DNA of 64,000 nucleotides from Kiritimatiellia bacterium (lineage in GTDB: Bacteria > Verrucomicrobiota > Kiritimatiellia > RFP12 > UBA1067). Position numbers and translations under genes: made by a program. The notes under the pieces were generated by a model. The model was not told where the DNA came from, ran no database searches, and worked only from the letters and a program-made list of their open reading frames with translations. Below, one piece after another: positions 39,743 through 50,368 of the stretch (position 1 is its first letter; each line of letters starts with the position of its first letter). The stretch covers positions 1,792,001-1,856,000 of the forward strand of contig JBMNFY010000017.1 of the NCBI GenBank assembly GCA_050949565.1. Reading direction: 5' to 3'.

Positions 39743-41536
39743 TTACGTTTTAGCGGTGATCACGGCCTTAATGCGGCGGACGCCGGCTGATGAGGACTCC
39801 TCTTTCTTGATTTTGAAGCCGCCCAGCTCGCCGGTGGTGGCGGCGTGCGGGCCGCCGCAGACCTCCAGCGAGAAGTCGCCGGCGGCGTAGACCTTGACTT
39901 GCTCGCCGTATTTGGCGGTGAACAGGGCGGCTGCGCCTTTAGCTTTGGCCTCCTCAATGCTCATGGTCTCCATCGTGACCGGCAGATTACGTTGGATCAC
40001 GTCGTTGACGATCTCCTCCACCTGTTTGATCTGCTCGGGCGTCATTTTTTCGGGATGCGAGAAGTCGAAGCGCAGGCGCTCGGATGTGATGTTGGAGCCC
40101 TTCTGTTGGACGTGCGGGCCGAGCACCATCTGCAACGCCTTGTGCAGCAGATGGGTGGCGGTGTGCAGGCGCGTGGTGGCGACCGTGTTGTCGGCCAGTC
40201 CGCCCTTGAAGGTGGCGTCGCCCTGCTTGGAGAGTTCCTGGTGCTTTTTGAACGCCTCTTCGTAGCCTTGGCGATCCACGGCAAACCCTTGCTCGGCGGC
40301 GAGTTCCTCGGTGAACTCCAGCGGGAAGCCGTACGTATCGTAGAGCTTAAAGGCGGTACGCCCCGAGAGGGTGGTTTGTCCGTGCTGCTTGAGCGCGCCC
40401 GCGACCTTGTCGAACTCGCGCTGGCCGGCGGCGAGCGTTTTTTCAAAACGCGCCTCCTCAGCGGTCAGCTCATCAAGCACCGTCGCGCGGTTCGCCTCCA
40501 GTTCGGGATAGACATGCTTGTAGTTATCGATCACGATTTCCGCCAGGATACGAGTGTAGCCAGACTCGATACCCAGCAGCTTGGCGTAGCGCACGGAGCG
40601 GCGGATCAGGCGACGCAGCACGTAGTTTGCACCGATGTTACCGGGCTTGACGCCGCCTTTGGGGTCGCCGAGGATAAAGACCGAAGTGCGCATGTGGTCC
40701 GCGATGATGCGTTCGGCGCGCACGGCGGTCTCCTCGTCCGGGCGGACGGTCGACAGTTCCTTGATCCGGGCCATGAGCGGCGCGAAGAGTTCGGTCTCGA
40801 AGACCGTTTCGAGGCCGTTCATCATGCAGATGGTACGCTCGACGCCCATGCCGGTGTCGACGTTGTGCTGCTTGAGCGGCTCGTAGGTGCCTTCCGCCGT
40901 CTTGTTGTACTGCATGAAGACGTCGTTCCAGATCTCGATGTACTTGCCGCAATGGCAACCGGGACGGCACTCCGGGCCGCAGGCGGGTTGACCGTTGTCG
41001 ATGAACATCTCGGTGTCAGGCCCGCAGGGGCCGGTGGTGCCGGCCGGCCCCCACCAGTTGTCCTCCTTGGGCAGCGCGTAGATGCGCTCTTCGGGGATGC
41101 CGAGGCTCTTCCAGATGGCGATTGACTCATCATCACGCGGAATGCCGTCCTCGCCCGCGAAGACGGTGACGCTGAGTTGGTCCGGCGCGAAGCCGAGGTG
41201 CTGCGTGAGAAACTCGAACGACCACGCGATCGCCTCTTTCTTGAAATAGTCGCCGAGCGACCAATTGCCGAGCATCTCGAAGAAGGTCAAGTGGCAGGAG
41301 TCGCCCACGGCGTCAATGTCGCCGGTGCGCACGCACTTCTGCACGTTGGTCAGGCGTCGGCCCGCAGGGTGCGGCTCGCCCAACAGATAAGGAACGAGCG
41401 GGTGCATGCCCGCAGTGGTGAAGAGCACGGTCGGGTCGTTCTCCGGAATCAGCGAGGCACCCGAAATAACGGCGTGGCCTTTGGATTCGAAAAAGGTGAG
41501 ATACTTATCGCGGAGTTGGTCTGCTGTGAGTTTCAT
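39743..41536 (-). CDS. alaS: Alanine--tRNA ligase, short form (about 597 aa)
   Basis: LFTTAGM, FFEMLGN, IDxGMG-like DTGMG, HTATHLL and CGGPH motifs; ends at GVRRIKA. Confidence 0.93.
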   Translation of the reverse strand: MKLTADQLRDKYLTFFESKGHAVISGASLIPENDPTVLFTTAGMHPLVPYLLGEPHPAGRRLTNVQKCVRTGDIDAVGDSCHLTFFEMLGNWSLGDYFKKEAIAWSFEFLTQHLGFAPDQLSVTVFAGEDGIPRDDESIAIWKSLGIPEERIYALPKEDNWWGPAGTTGPCGPDTEMFIDNGQPACGPECRPGCHCGKYIEIWNDVFMQYNKTAEGTYEPLKQHNVDTGMGVERTICMMNGLETVFETELFAPLMARIKELSTVRPDEETAVRAERIIADHMRTSVFILGDPKGGVKPGNIGANYVLRRLIRRSVRYAKLLGIESGYTRILAEIVIDNYKHVYPELEANRATVLDELTAEEARFEKTLAAGQREFDKVAGALKQHGQTTLSGRTAFKLYDTYGFPLEFTEELAAEQGFAVDRQGYEEAFKKHQELSKQGDATFKGGLADNTVATTRLHTATHLLHKALQMVLGPHVQQKGSNITSERLRFDFSHPEKMTPEQIKQVEEIVNDVIQRNLPVTMETMSIEEAKAKGAAALFTAKYGEQVKVYAAGDFSLEVCGGPHAATTGELGGFKIKKEESSSAGVRRIKAVITAKT

Positions 41537-41544
41537 GGTGTGTT

Positions 41545-42579
41545 TTACTTCGCGCTTTCGTCTTTGCCCTTTTCCCCGATGACGACGGGAGGCTCGCCCT
41601 TGATCTTGGCGATGATCCGCTCGACGACCTCGGGGTTGTTGCGCAAGAACTCGGTGGCGGCGATTGAACCCTGGCCGATCTGTTCCGACTCGAAGCTCAA
41701 CCACGAGCCACGCTTGGCAACCACGTTGTTCGCGATCGCGGCATCGAGCACCGAGCCTTCCCATGAGATGCCGCGGTCGTAGAGAATGTCAAACTCCGCC
41801 TCGGTGAAGGGGGGCGCGACCTTGTTCTTGACGACCTTGACGCGCGTGCGATTGCCGATCACGGCACCGGCGGGGTTTTTGATCGCGCCGATGCGCTGCA
41901 CCTGCAAGCGCACCGAGGCGTAAAACTTGAGCGCCTTACCGCCGGGCGTGGTCTCGGGGTTGCCGAACATCACGCCGATCTTGTCGCGCACTTGGTTGGT
42001 GAAGAGGCAGAGGGTCTTGGTCTGCGAGATGGCGCTGGTGAGCTTGCGCATCGCCTGCGACATCAGGCGCGCCTGCAAGCCCATGTGGGCATCGCCCATG
42101 TTGCCGTCGATCTCAGCCTGCGGGGTGAGCGCCGCGACGGAGTCGATCACGACCACATCCAGCGCGCCGCTCTTGACGAGCTGCTCGGTAATGGTGAGCG
42201 CCTCTTCACCCGAGTTCGGCTGCGAGACCAGCAGATTGTCCAGATCCACGCCGATGCGGCGCGCGTAGTTGGGATCCATTGCATGCTCGGCATCGACAAA
42301 GGCCGCCAGACCACCAGCCTTCTGGGCATTTGCAATGACATGGAGCGCGAGTGTCGTCTTGCCGGAAGATTCCTGCCCGTAAACCTCGACTACGCGGCCG
42401 CGCGGCAGCCCGCCGACGCCGAGAGCGAGATCCAACGAAAACGCACCGGTGGGGATGACCGGGATGTCCTTGGAGGCTTCGGCATCCCCCATGCGCATGA
42501 TGGCCGATTCCCCAAACTCTTTACGAATCTGATTGAGGACTGCATCCAGTTGTGTATTCCCCGACTTTTTCGCGGCCAT
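41545..42579 (-). CDS. recA: Recombinase A
   Basis: [15 protein letters not shown] and [12 protein letters not shown] motifs. Confidence 0.98.
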   Translation of the reverse strand: MAAKKSGNTQLDAVLNQIRKEFGESAIMRMGDAEASKDIPVIPTGAFSLDLALGVGGLPRGRVVEVYGQESSGKTTLALHVIANAQKAGGLAAFVDAEHAMDPNYARRIGVDLDNLLVSQPNSGEEALTITEQLVKSGALDVVVIDSVAALTPQAEIDGNMGDAHMGLQARLMSQAMRKLTSAISQTKTLCLFTNQVRDKIGVMFGNPETTPGGKALKFYASVRLQVQRIGAIKNPAGAVIGNRTRVKVVKNKVAPPFTEAEFDILYDRGISWEGSVLDAAIANNVVAKRGSWLSFESEQIGQGSIAATEFLRNNPEVVERIIAKIKGEPPVVIGEKGKDESAK

Positions 42580-42801
42580 GACTCACTCCTTGCTCTGTGT
42601 TGAAAAAACGGGGACCACGATACCAAAAATGCCCCCCAGAGTGGAGCGTTTTCTATCAAGCGAACCCGAACTGACGAGATAGCAGATTTTGCGTGATGAT
42701 TTGTCAGGATGCCTCGGTTTTGATTTAATGGACGTTCAATTTTTTTCAAGACGCATTAGAAACGCAAAGGTCGCGCCTCGCAAGAGCGTGAAGAGTGTCA
42801 C

Positions 42802-45498
42802 ATGGATAAGCATTACGATCCGAAGTCTGTCGAGAACAAATGGTACGCATGGTGGGAGCAAAACGGGCTGTTTCATGACGAGGCCGCGCGGGGTGGTACG
42901 CCCTACAGTGTCGTCATCCCGCCACCGAATGTGACCGGCATCCTGCACATGGGCCACGCGCTCAACAACACGATCCAGGACGTGCTGGTGCGTTGGCGTC
43001 GCATGCAGGGGCGCAACACGGTCTGGATGCCGGGCACCGACCACGCAGGTATCGCCACGCAGAATGTGGTGGAGAAGGCACTGCGCAAGGAAGGTCTCTC
43101 GCGGCGCGATCTCGGACGCGAGGCGTTTCTGGCGCGCGTGTGGGAGTGGCGCAAGGAGTACGGCGGCACGATTGTGCGCCAGCTCCGTCAGCTCGGGGCA
43201 AGCTGCGACTGGTCGCGTGAGCGTTTCACCATGGATGAAGGGCTGAGCGCGGCGGTGGCCGAGGTGTTCTGCCGGCTCTACGACGAGGGACTCATCTATC
43301 GCGGCAACTATATCGTCAACTGGTGCCCGCGCTGCCATACCGCGCTGTCGGATGAGGAGAGCGAACATCAGGACACTCAAGGCCATCTCTGGCACATCCG
43401 TTACCCGATTCCGGGCGGCGGCGAGGTGGTGGTCGCGACCACACGTCCCGAGACCATGCTGGGCGACACCGCCGTGGCCGTCAATCCGGCGGACGAGCGT
43501 TATCAGGACCTGATCGGCAAGAGCGTGACGCTGCCGCTCATGAACCGCGAGATACCGGTTGTTGCGGACGACTATGTGGACCGCGCTTTCGGTACGGGCG
43601 TCGTGAAGATCACGCCCGCGCACGACCCGAATGACTTTCAGGTAGCGCTGCGCCACAATCTGCCGATGCTGAATGTCATGAATGGCGACGGCACGATGAA
43701 CGAAGAAGCCGGACCGTACGCCGGTATGGATCGTTTCGCCTGCCGCAAGCAGGTGATCGCCGACCTCGAAGCGCAGGGGTTGCTGGTCAAGACCGATCCG
43801 CATCAACACGCGGTCGGCCACTGCTACCGCTGCGACACGGTGGTCGAGCCGCGCCTCTCCAAACAGTGGTTTGTGCGTATGAAGCCGCTTGCCGAGCCGG
43901 CCATCGAGGCCGTGCGCACCGGCAAGATCGTCTTTGTGCCGCAGCGCTGGGAGAAGACCTATTTCGAGTGGATGGAGAATATCCGTGACTGGTGCATCTC
44001 GCGCCAGATTTGGTGGGGGCACCGCATCCCGGTTTACACCTGTACGCCGTGCGGACATGAGTGGGCGGCCAAGACTGCGCCGAACACCTGTCCGAAATGC
44101 GGCGCCGCAGCGGACCAGATCACGCAGGATGAGGATGTGCTCGACACCTGGTTCTCCTCGTGGCTCTGGCCCTTCAGCACTTTCGGCTGGCCCGCAGACC
44201 ACCCCGACCTGAAGTTCTACTATCCGACCACCGACCTGACCACCGCGCCGGACATCCTCTTCTTCTGGGTCGCGCGCATGATCATGGCCGGTTGTAAGTT
44301 CATGGGCGACGTGCCCTTCCGCACGGTCTATCTGCACGGCACGGTGCGCGATGACAAAGGGCGTAAGATGAGCAAGAGCCTGGGTAACTCCATCGACCCG
44401 CTCGACATCATCGAGACCTACAGCGCCGACTCGCTGCGCTTCAGCCTGATGCTGATCACTTCCACCGGCATGGACGTCTACGTCAACATGGAAAAGTTCG
44501 AGATCGGGCGCAACTTTGCGACCAAGATTTGGAACGCCGCGCGTTTCATGCGGATGCACATGGAGAAGCTGCCCGACACAGACTGGCGCGCGCTGGCCAA
44601 CGGCGAGTTGACGCTCGATCCGGCGCTGTTGCGCGATGACGATCGTCACATGCTCGCCACCTGCGAGAGCGCCGTGCGCAATGTGACCGGACATCTGGAG
44701 GCGTTCCGCCTGCAAGACGGCGCGCTCGCGATTTACGATGTCGTCTGGAGCCAGTTCTGCGACTGGTATCTCGAATACGCCAAGCAGGACCTGAACGGCG
44801 CGGACGAGGCGCGTCGCCGCCAAGTGCTGGCCGTGATGACCGATGTCTTCGCCAAGGCGCTCAAGCTGCTGCATCCTTACATGCCGTTCATCACCGAAGA
44901 GCTATGGCATCAGATGGGTTACGCTGCCGAATCCGAAAGCATCATGCGCGCGCCGTGGCCCGTACCCTACACCGACGCGCAGCGTGAGGCATGGGGATTG
45001 AGCGACGAGGTCACTGCCTACGTCAATGCCCGGCGCGAACTGGTCACCGCCGGTCGCGCACTACGCGCCGACTACAACGTCGCGCCCTCTAAGTTTCTCC
45101 ACTACATCATTCAGGCGACGGACGATGAAACGGCCGACCGTCTGAAGGCCGACGCCGAAACGCTCAAACAGCAGTTGCGCTCGGACAATCTGGAGGTTGT
45201 CGCGGGCGGCGGCGAGAAAGCCATGCCCGGTACGCTCTGCAAGCTCGGCACCGTTTATCTGCCGCTCGAAGGGCTGGTCGATATCGAAGCCGAAAGCGCG
45301 CGCGTGAAGGCCGAACTGGACAAGACGCGCGGTTTCCTCAAAGGTGTCGAAGCCAAGCTCAGCAACGAAGGGTTCGTGGCCAAGGCGCCCGCGGCCGTGA
45401 TCGAGCAGCAGCGCGTCAGACAGAAAGAACTGACCGAAACGGTCGCACGGCTGGAGAAACTGCTCGCGACGTTCAACGCCGCGAAAAACAACGAATAG
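42802..45498 (+). CDS. valS: Valine--tRNA ligase
   Basis: PPPNVTG..HMGH, DWCISRQ and KMSKS motifs; C-terminal coiled coil. Confidence 0.97.
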   Translation: MDKHYDPKSVENKWYAWWEQNGLFHDEAARGGTPYSVVIPPPNVTGILHMGHALNNTIQDVLVRWRRMQGRNTVWMPGTDHAGIATQNVVEKALRKEGLSRRDLGREAFLARVWEWRKEYGGTIVRQLRQLGASCDWSRERFTMDEGLSAAVAEVFCRLYDEGLIYRGNYIVNWCPRCHTALSDEESEHQDTQGHLWHIRYPIPGGGEVVVATTRPETMLGDTAVAVNPADERYQDLIGKSVTLPLMNREIPVVADDYVDRAFGTGVVKITPAHDPNDFQVALRHNLPMLNVMNGDGTMNEEAGPYAGMDRFACRKQVIADLEAQGLLVKTDPHQHAVGHCYRCDTVVEPRLSKQWFVRMKPLAEPAIEAVRTGKIVFVPQRWEKTYFEWMENIRDWCISRQIWWGHRIPVYTCTPCGHEWAAKTAPNTCPKCGAAADQITQDEDVLDTWFSSWLWPFSTFGWPADHPDLKFYYPTTDLTTAPDILFFWVARMIMAGCKFMGDVPFRTVYLHGTVRDDKGRKMSKSLGNSIDPLDIIETYSADSLRFSLMLITSTGMDVYVNMEKFEIGRNFATKIWNAARFMRMHMEKLPDTDWRALANGELTLDPALLRDDDRHMLATCESAVRNVTGHLEAFRLQDGALAIYDVVWSQFCDWYLEYAKQDLNGADEARRRQVLAVMTDVFAKALKLLHPYMPFITEELWHQMGYAAESESIMRAPWPVPYTDAQREAWGLSDEVTAYVNARRELVTAGRALRADYNVAPSKFLHYIIQATDDETADRLKADAETLKQQLRSDNLEVVAGGGEKAMPGTLCKLGTVYLPLEGLVDIEAESARVKAELDKTRGFLKGVEAKLSNEGFVAKAPAAVIEQQRVRQKELTETVARLEKLLATFNAAKNNE

Positions 45499-45672
45499 AG
45501 CAAAAAAAACGTATCCTGCTTTTACCAGAAACGCATGATCTTCGCACGCCCCTGTCACTAACCGATGGTCACTAGCGATTAAGAAAAAAATTTCACGCGG
45601 GTTGACCATGCTAGGGGCGGTATGATACGCTGAACCCTCTTTTTTCACGTTGATAGATAGGAGACGATAACC

Positions 45673-45810
45673 ATGAAGATGATGTGGCAGCCTTCGAAGA
45701 TCAAGCGTGCGCGCAAGATCGGATTTCGCGCCCGCATGGCCACCCGGGGCGGACGCGCGATTATCCGGGCCCGCCGTCGTAAGGGGCGCACTCGCCTGAC
45801 GCAGGTGTAA
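45673..45810 (+). CDS. rpmH: 50S ribosomal protein L34
   Basis: Translated by hand: [45 protein letters not shown]; directly upstream of rnpA. Confidence 0.95.
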   Translation: MKMMWQPSKIKRARKIGFRARMATRGGRAIIRARRRKGRTRLTQV

Positions 45811-45815
45811 GGCCC

Positions 45816-46238
45816 ATGCCTGAGGGCGTCATGAACGGTCCCGAAGTAAAGGAGAACGGCGCGTTGCCGTTGTCTGGACCGTTCCGACTGGACGCTTCCA
45901 AGTATGCGCGTATCTTCGCACAGCGGCGGACGGTCTATGGACGGACGTTGGCTATGTGGGTGACGCGCGGGACTGACGCCGGCCGCCAGGCCGGCGTTGT
46001 CGTTTCCAAAAAGACATTCCGGCGCGCGGTGGATCGCAACCGGGCCAAGCGCTTGCTGCGCGAGGCGTTCCGGTTGAGCCGCCACCGCCTGGCACCGGAT
46101 GTTGACGTGATTTTGATCGCGCGCGCGGGAATCGCCGGCAAGCGGTGCCAAGAGGTCATGAGGGATCTGGAAGCACTGTACGTACGCGCGAAAGTGACGG
46201 ATCGGCCAGCCGATGCGGACCGTTCCGAACGGAGATGA
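45816..46238 (+). CDS. rnpA: Ribonuclease P protein component
   Basis: VSKK..AVDRNRAKRLLRE motif; synteny. Confidence 0.93.
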   Translation: MPEGVMNGPEVKENGALPLSGPFRLDASKYARIFAQRRTVYGRTLAMWVTRGTDAGRQAGVVVSKKTFRRAVDRNRAKRLLREAFRLSRHRLAPDVDVILIARAGIAGKRCQEVMRDLEALYVRAKVTDRPADADRSERR

Positions 46239-46250
46239 CGGAGGGCGCAC

Positions 46251-46505
46251 ATGGGCCGGATTGTGAGCGCCGTCAGCCGGGCGGTGAGCGGGATGCTGAT
46301 CCTGCTCGTGCGAGCCTATCAGGTGGTGCTGTCGCCGCATCTCGGGCGGTGTTGCCGCTTCGAGCCGACCTGCTCCGCCTACTGCATTGAGGCACTCCGG
46401 ACGCACGGTGTTTTCAAGGGGTGCCTGCTGACGTTGCGGCGCGTGATGCGCTGTCGGCCGTTCGGGCCATCGGGTTACGACCCGGTGCCGCCCAAAAAGC
46501 CGTGA
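46251..46505 (+). CDS. yidD: Membrane protein insertion efficiency factor
   Basis: CRFEPTCSAY and RCRPF..GYDPVP motifs. Confidence 0.93.
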   Translation: MGRIVSAVSRAVSGMLILLVRAYQVVLSPHLGRCCRFEPTCSAYCIEALRTHGVFKGCLLTLRRVMRCRPFGPSGYDPVPPKKP

Positions 46506-46522
46506 TTGGGTTTTGAGGAATT

Positions 46523-48331
46523 ATGAATAATCAAGAGCGGACTATCGCGATTTTGTTGGGCCTGACGCTGGTTGGGTGGATGTTCTACAGCAACAAGCAG
46601 GCGGCCCAGCGCGCCCGCGAGGCGGCACTGAACGCCCCGCCTCCGGCTAGTGAGACGACCGACCCCGACGCGGTACTGCCCCCGACGCAGACGGCGCTGG
46701 CCGCCACGTCTGAAACCCCGCTGCAGCCGGAAGCCGAGGCCGCACCGCCCGCGCCGCCCTCGCAACCGGAAGAGATCGTCACCCTGAACGGCGGCGAGAT
46801 GACGCTCGCGCTCTCGTCGCATGGTGCGGTGATTAAGCAGGTCACGCTGAGCCGCTACCTGAGCGAGCCGGGCGGGGCATCGGACAGCAATCCGCCGGTC
46901 ACGCTCGACTTCGCGAATGCGCCGAGCCTTGAGTGTTCCGGTCTGCCGGGACTCGCCCCGAACGCCGCCTACAGCGTGACGCGCGAGGAGAGTGGCAAAG
47001 CAGCCGCCTTCTCCACGAAGACCGCGCAGGGGTTGGCGTTGACGCGCCGCATCGAATTGCTGGATAACTATCAGGTGAAGGTCACGGACACGCTGCGTAA
47101 CGAGGGCACGGATCTGGCGCGGCTCGGTACCAACAGCGTGACAATCGGTGCGATGCAGCGCGGCACCTCTAAGAACGATATGCTGTCGATCGACTCGTTA
47201 CCCGCGTTTGCCAAGGCCAAGGTGCATCACTGGGACAGCGAGAAGGCCACCAAGCAGTATCTCGTGGGCGGCACGGCGGGCGGCTGCCGCGGCAAGGTGT
47301 CGGCCGCAGGCATGCCGGAGCGCATCACGGTACCGGTGATCGAGCCGCAGGCGTGGGTGGCGATCAAGTCGCGCTTTTTCGTGACCGGATTCTCGTCGGG
47401 CGACGCCAACTGCGGTTTTACGGCCACGATGACCCGCGATACGGCGCAGCAGATCTATGCGCTCAACGAGGTCTCGGCGCGCGTGTTCTTCCCCGGAAGC
47501 GTGCTGGGGGCGGGCGAGACGGCGACACGCGAGTACGCGCTCTACATCGGTCCCAAGAAGTTGTCGTTGCTGCAGCAACTCGGCAACGGCATGGACGCGG
47601 TGATGCAGTTCGGAACCTTCGCTTGGTTTTGCAAGCTGTTGGTGCCGACGCTAAACTTCTTCCACCGCCTGATTCCGGATTACGGTATTGCTATCATCCT
47701 GCTGACCTTCTTGGTGCGCATCATCTTCTGGCCGCTCACCCACAGTAGCACGGTCAGCATGAAGAAAATGCAAGAACTCCAGCCAAAGTTGAAGGAGCTT
47801 CAGACCAAATTCAAAGACAACCCGCAGAAGATGCAGCAAGAAACTTGGGCGCTCTACCGCGAAAACAAGGTCAATCCGTTGTCGAGTTGCCTGCCGATGC
47901 TGATTCAGATTCCGGTCTTCATTGCACTCTTCACCGTGTTGCGCAGCGCTGTCGAACTGCGTTACGCCCCTTTTCTCTGGATCGCGGATTTGAGCGAACC
48001 GGAGAATCTGCTGGCCGGTGTGCTGCCGATCCCGCTGAACATCCTGCCGATTCTGATGTCGGGTACCATGGCGTTGCAGAGTTACCTCACGCCGTCGACG
48101 GGCGATCCGCAGCAGCAGAAGATGATGATGGTCATGATGCCGGTGATGATGTTATTAATGTTCTACAACTTTCCTTCGGCCCTTGCGCTCTATTGGACGG
48201 TGAGCCAGATACTGGCGATCATACAGATGATCGTCATCCGTCGCAAGACCGCACGCGCCGGGCAGGGACCGGGCGACGGCGTGACGCCGGAAGTGCCGCT
48301 TACGCGCCAGCAACGGCGGCATGCGCCCTGA
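46523..48331 (+). CDS. yidC: Membrane protein insertase
   Basis: YIGPK, GIAII, CLPMLIQIP and LYW motifs. Confidence 0.95.
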   Translation: MNNQERTIAILLGLTLVGWMFYSNKQAAQRAREAALNAPPPASETTDPDAVLPPTQTALAATSETPLQPEAEAAPPAPPSQPEEIVTLNGGEMTLALSSHGAVIKQVTLSRYLSEPGGASDSNPPVTLDFANAPSLECSGLPGLAPNAAYSVTREESGKAAAFSTKTAQGLALTRRIELLDNYQVKVTDTLRNEGTDLARLGTNSVTIGAMQRGTSKNDMLSIDSLPAFAKAKVHHWDSEKATKQYLVGGTAGGCRGKVSAAGMPERITVPVIEPQAWVAIKSRFFVTGFSSGDANCGFTATMTRDTAQQIYALNEVSARVFFPGSVLGAGETATREYALYIGPKKLSLLQQLGNGMDAVMQFGTFAWFCKLLVPTLNFFHRLIPDYGIAIILLTFLVRIIFWPLTHSSTVSMKKMQELQPKLKELQTKFKDNPQKMQQETWALYRENKVNPLSSCLPMLIQIPVFIALFTVLRSAVELRYAPFLWIADLSEPENLLAGVLPIPLNILPILMSGTMALQSYLTPSTGDPQQQKMMMVMMPVMMLLMFYNFPSALALYWTVSQILAIIQMIVIRRKTARAGQGPGDGVTPEVPLTRQQRRHAP

Positions 48332-48344
48332 GGAGAAACACACT

Positions 48345-48926
48345 ATGAAGTCTACTAAAACATCCATTCCACTCGTATTGGGCTCCGCCTCAACTCGGCG
48401 CAGCAAAGTTCTGAGCACCTTGGGCTGCACCTTTGAAATATGCCCCGTGGAAGCGGAAGAGATCCGTAATCCCGCCGATCCCGTTCACACGGTGGTGACG
48501 AATGCAGCCGCAAAATACAACGTCTGCCGTACCCGGCGGCCTGACGCCGCGATCATCGCGGCCGATACGCTGGTGTGGTTCGAGGGCCGTCTGATCGGCA
48601 AACCCGTCGACATCAAAGAGGCGGCGGCTTTCCTGCGCGCCTTCTCCGGTCGTGCACAGGTCGTCTACACCGGCCTGGCGATGGGATTGCCGGGGAAAGA
48701 GCCCGATCTGCGTGTCGAGGCCACGTCCGTCCGTTTCAAGCCGCTGACCGAAGCGACAATCCAGACCTATCTCGAACAGACGCGCCCGTTCGACCGCGCC
48801 GGCGCGTACGACATCGACGAGAACGGCGAACTGCTGATCGCCGGCACGAGCGGCTCCTACACCAACGTCATGGGCCTGCCCGAAGCCCCTGTGCGCGACT
48901 GGCTAGCCGCGAACGGTTTCATTTGA
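48345..48926 (+). CDS. maf: Maf family nucleotide pyrophosphatase
   Basis: LGSASTRR, AADT, GKP, DRAGAY and NVMGLP motifs. Confidence 0.9.
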   Translation: MKSTKTSIPLVLGSASTRRSKVLSTLGCTFEICPVEAEEIRNPADPVHTVVTNAAAKYNVCRTRRPDAAIIAADTLVWFEGRLIGKPVDIKEAAAFLRAFSGRAQVVYTGLAMGLPGKEPDLRVEATSVRFKPLTEATIQTYLEQTRPFDRAGAYDIDENGELLIAGTSGSYTNVMGLPEAPVRDWLAANGFI

Positions 48927-50130
48927 GCGGATCAAGCCAATGCCGCACAGGCTGCGAGAGGAACTCTTCTAGGGCGATACCGTCCCCGCCGACCAGCAGG
49001 CAGCGTTGCGGCTTAAATGCCTGTGCGAAGGCCACTGTGCCGGCATGCACCGTCGGCGTGCGTCCACTCTTGACCTCGATCGCCGTCAGACGGCGACCTC
49101 TCTGGGCGACAAAGTCCACCTCTTGGTTGCCGTCGCGCCAATAATGCAACCGGCAGTCGCCGCACAGGGCCGCGTTGGCTAGATGCGCACCGACGGCGGA
49201 CTCCACCAGCCACCCCCAGAACGCATGATCTACACGGGCCTCGGCCAGCGTCATGCCGCTCATGGCGGTCATGAGTGCGGTGTTGAGCACCTGCAGCTTC
49301 GGGCTGGAACCCCGGCTACGCGCCACGTCCCCGGCGTACTTCTGCAAACCGCAGACCATACCGGCCCCGGTCAGGAGTTTCAAGTAGTGGGCGAGCGTGG
49401 TGGTGTTGCCGGCATCCTGCAACTGCCCCAGCATCTTGGTGTACGAGAGCACCTGCCCCGAATAGCGGCAGGCCAGCTCAAAGAGCCGACGCAGGAGCGC
49501 CGGTTTGTCCACGCGGGTCAGCAGCAGCACATCGCGGGAGATCGAGGTCTCGATCAGACTGTCCATAACGTAGCGCGCCCAGCGTTCATGGTCGCCGATC
49601 AGCGGCGCCGCTCCCGGATAGCCCCCGTAGAAGACAAACTGTTCAAGAGACCAGCCAAAGGCCGTCCGCATCTCGCCATAACTCCAATGGGACAGAAAGA
49701 TCACCTCAAAACGACCGGTCAGGCTCTCGGTGAGCCCCTGAGTGATCAGAAGCGGCGCCGATCCCAGCAGCACGACACGCAACGGTCGCCTCGCGCGGGT
49801 GTCCTCGTCCCACAAGCGCTTGACGGTCTCCGACCAGCCGGTGATCTTCTGGATTTCGTCGAGCACCAGCACTGCACCGGCTGGAACCATGGCCAGTCGC
49901 GCCGCCTCCCACTGCTGGGCGATCCACTCTCCTCCGCGCAGCGTGGGCTCATCCGCGCTGGCATAGCGGACGGGCAGTTCCAGCCGTTCGACCACCTGCT
50001 GTACTAGCGTGGATTTGCCCACCTGGCGCGGCCCCGCTAAAACCTGAATGAACCGGCGCGGCTCGGCCAGCCGCTCCGCAAGCGCCGCCCCCTGCGGGCG
50101 CTCATAGGGTTGAGTGTTTTTGCCCTTCAT
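48919..50130 (-). CDS. AAA ATPase with DUF4143 and C-terminal PD-(D/E)xK-like domain
   Basis: GPRQVGKST, LDEIQ, ESLTGR, GGYP and EVDF..IEVKS motifs. Confidence 0.9.
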   Translation of the reverse strand: MKGKNTQPYERPQGAALAERLAEPRRFIQVLAGPRQVGKSTLVQQVVERLELPVRYASADEPTLRGGEWIAQQWEAARLAMVPAGAVLVLDEIQKITGWSETVKRLWDEDTRARRPLRVVLLGSAPLLITQGLTESLTGRFEVIFLSHWSYGEMRTAFGWSLEQFVFYGGYPGAAPLIGDHERWARYVMDSLIETSISRDVLLLTRVDKPALLRRLFELACRYSGQVLSYTKMLGQLQDAGNTTTLAHYLKLLTGAGMVCGLQKYAGDVARSRGSSPKLQVLNTALMTAMSGMTLAEARVDHAFWGWLVESAVGAHLANAALCGDCRLHYWRDGNQEVDFVAQRGRRLTAIEVKSGRTPTVHAGTVAFAQAFKPQRCLLVGGDGIALEEFLSQPVRHWLDPLK

Positions 50131-50153
50131 ATTGAGTATTTTTACTCAATATG
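50128..50153. promoter_or_regulatory. Perfect palindromic operator candidate
   Basis: CATATTGAGTA-tttt-TACTCAATATG overlapping the ATPase start codon, next to a minus-strand TTGACA (50166-50161). Confidence 0.65.
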
Positions 50154-50368
50154 TTGAGCATGTCAAGCGGAAGCCCCCAAAAACCCTCTGCGGAATCTGT
50201 GCCATCTGTGGATAAAACCGAACCATGAAACACATGAAACTTCATGAAAAGTGAAGGCTTTTCTTGGTGCTCTTGGCGGCTCCAAACCCCGAGCCATGCC
50301 CCCCAAAGACCTCTGCGTCTCTGCGTTAAAAAAACCGAGCCATGCACGAAAACCAGCGCTTTTCGCGT

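Noticed and set aside
41537-41764. N-terminal extension of alaS in the ORF track
   Set aside because: It overlaps the recA C-terminus; AlaRS homology starts at MKLTADQLR (41536).
42580-42801. LexA box upstream of recA, or T-box before valS
   Set aside because: No convincing palindrome or T-box/antiterminator motif found by eye.
42736-44874. 712-aa antisense ORF, and similar shadows opposite alaS, fkp and the dipeptidase
   Set aside because: Typical antisense open frames of GC-rich, codon-biased genes; the sense genes are unambiguous.
10120-45579. 12-mer gtcactagcgat in the leader of the surface protein gene and upstream of rpmH
   Set aside because: Only two copies, and similar to the inverted-repeat end, so it cannot be separated from chance or repeat decay.
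45499-45672. oriC next to rpmH
   Set aside because: No dnaA and no cluster of DnaA boxes is visible; valS lies upstream instead.
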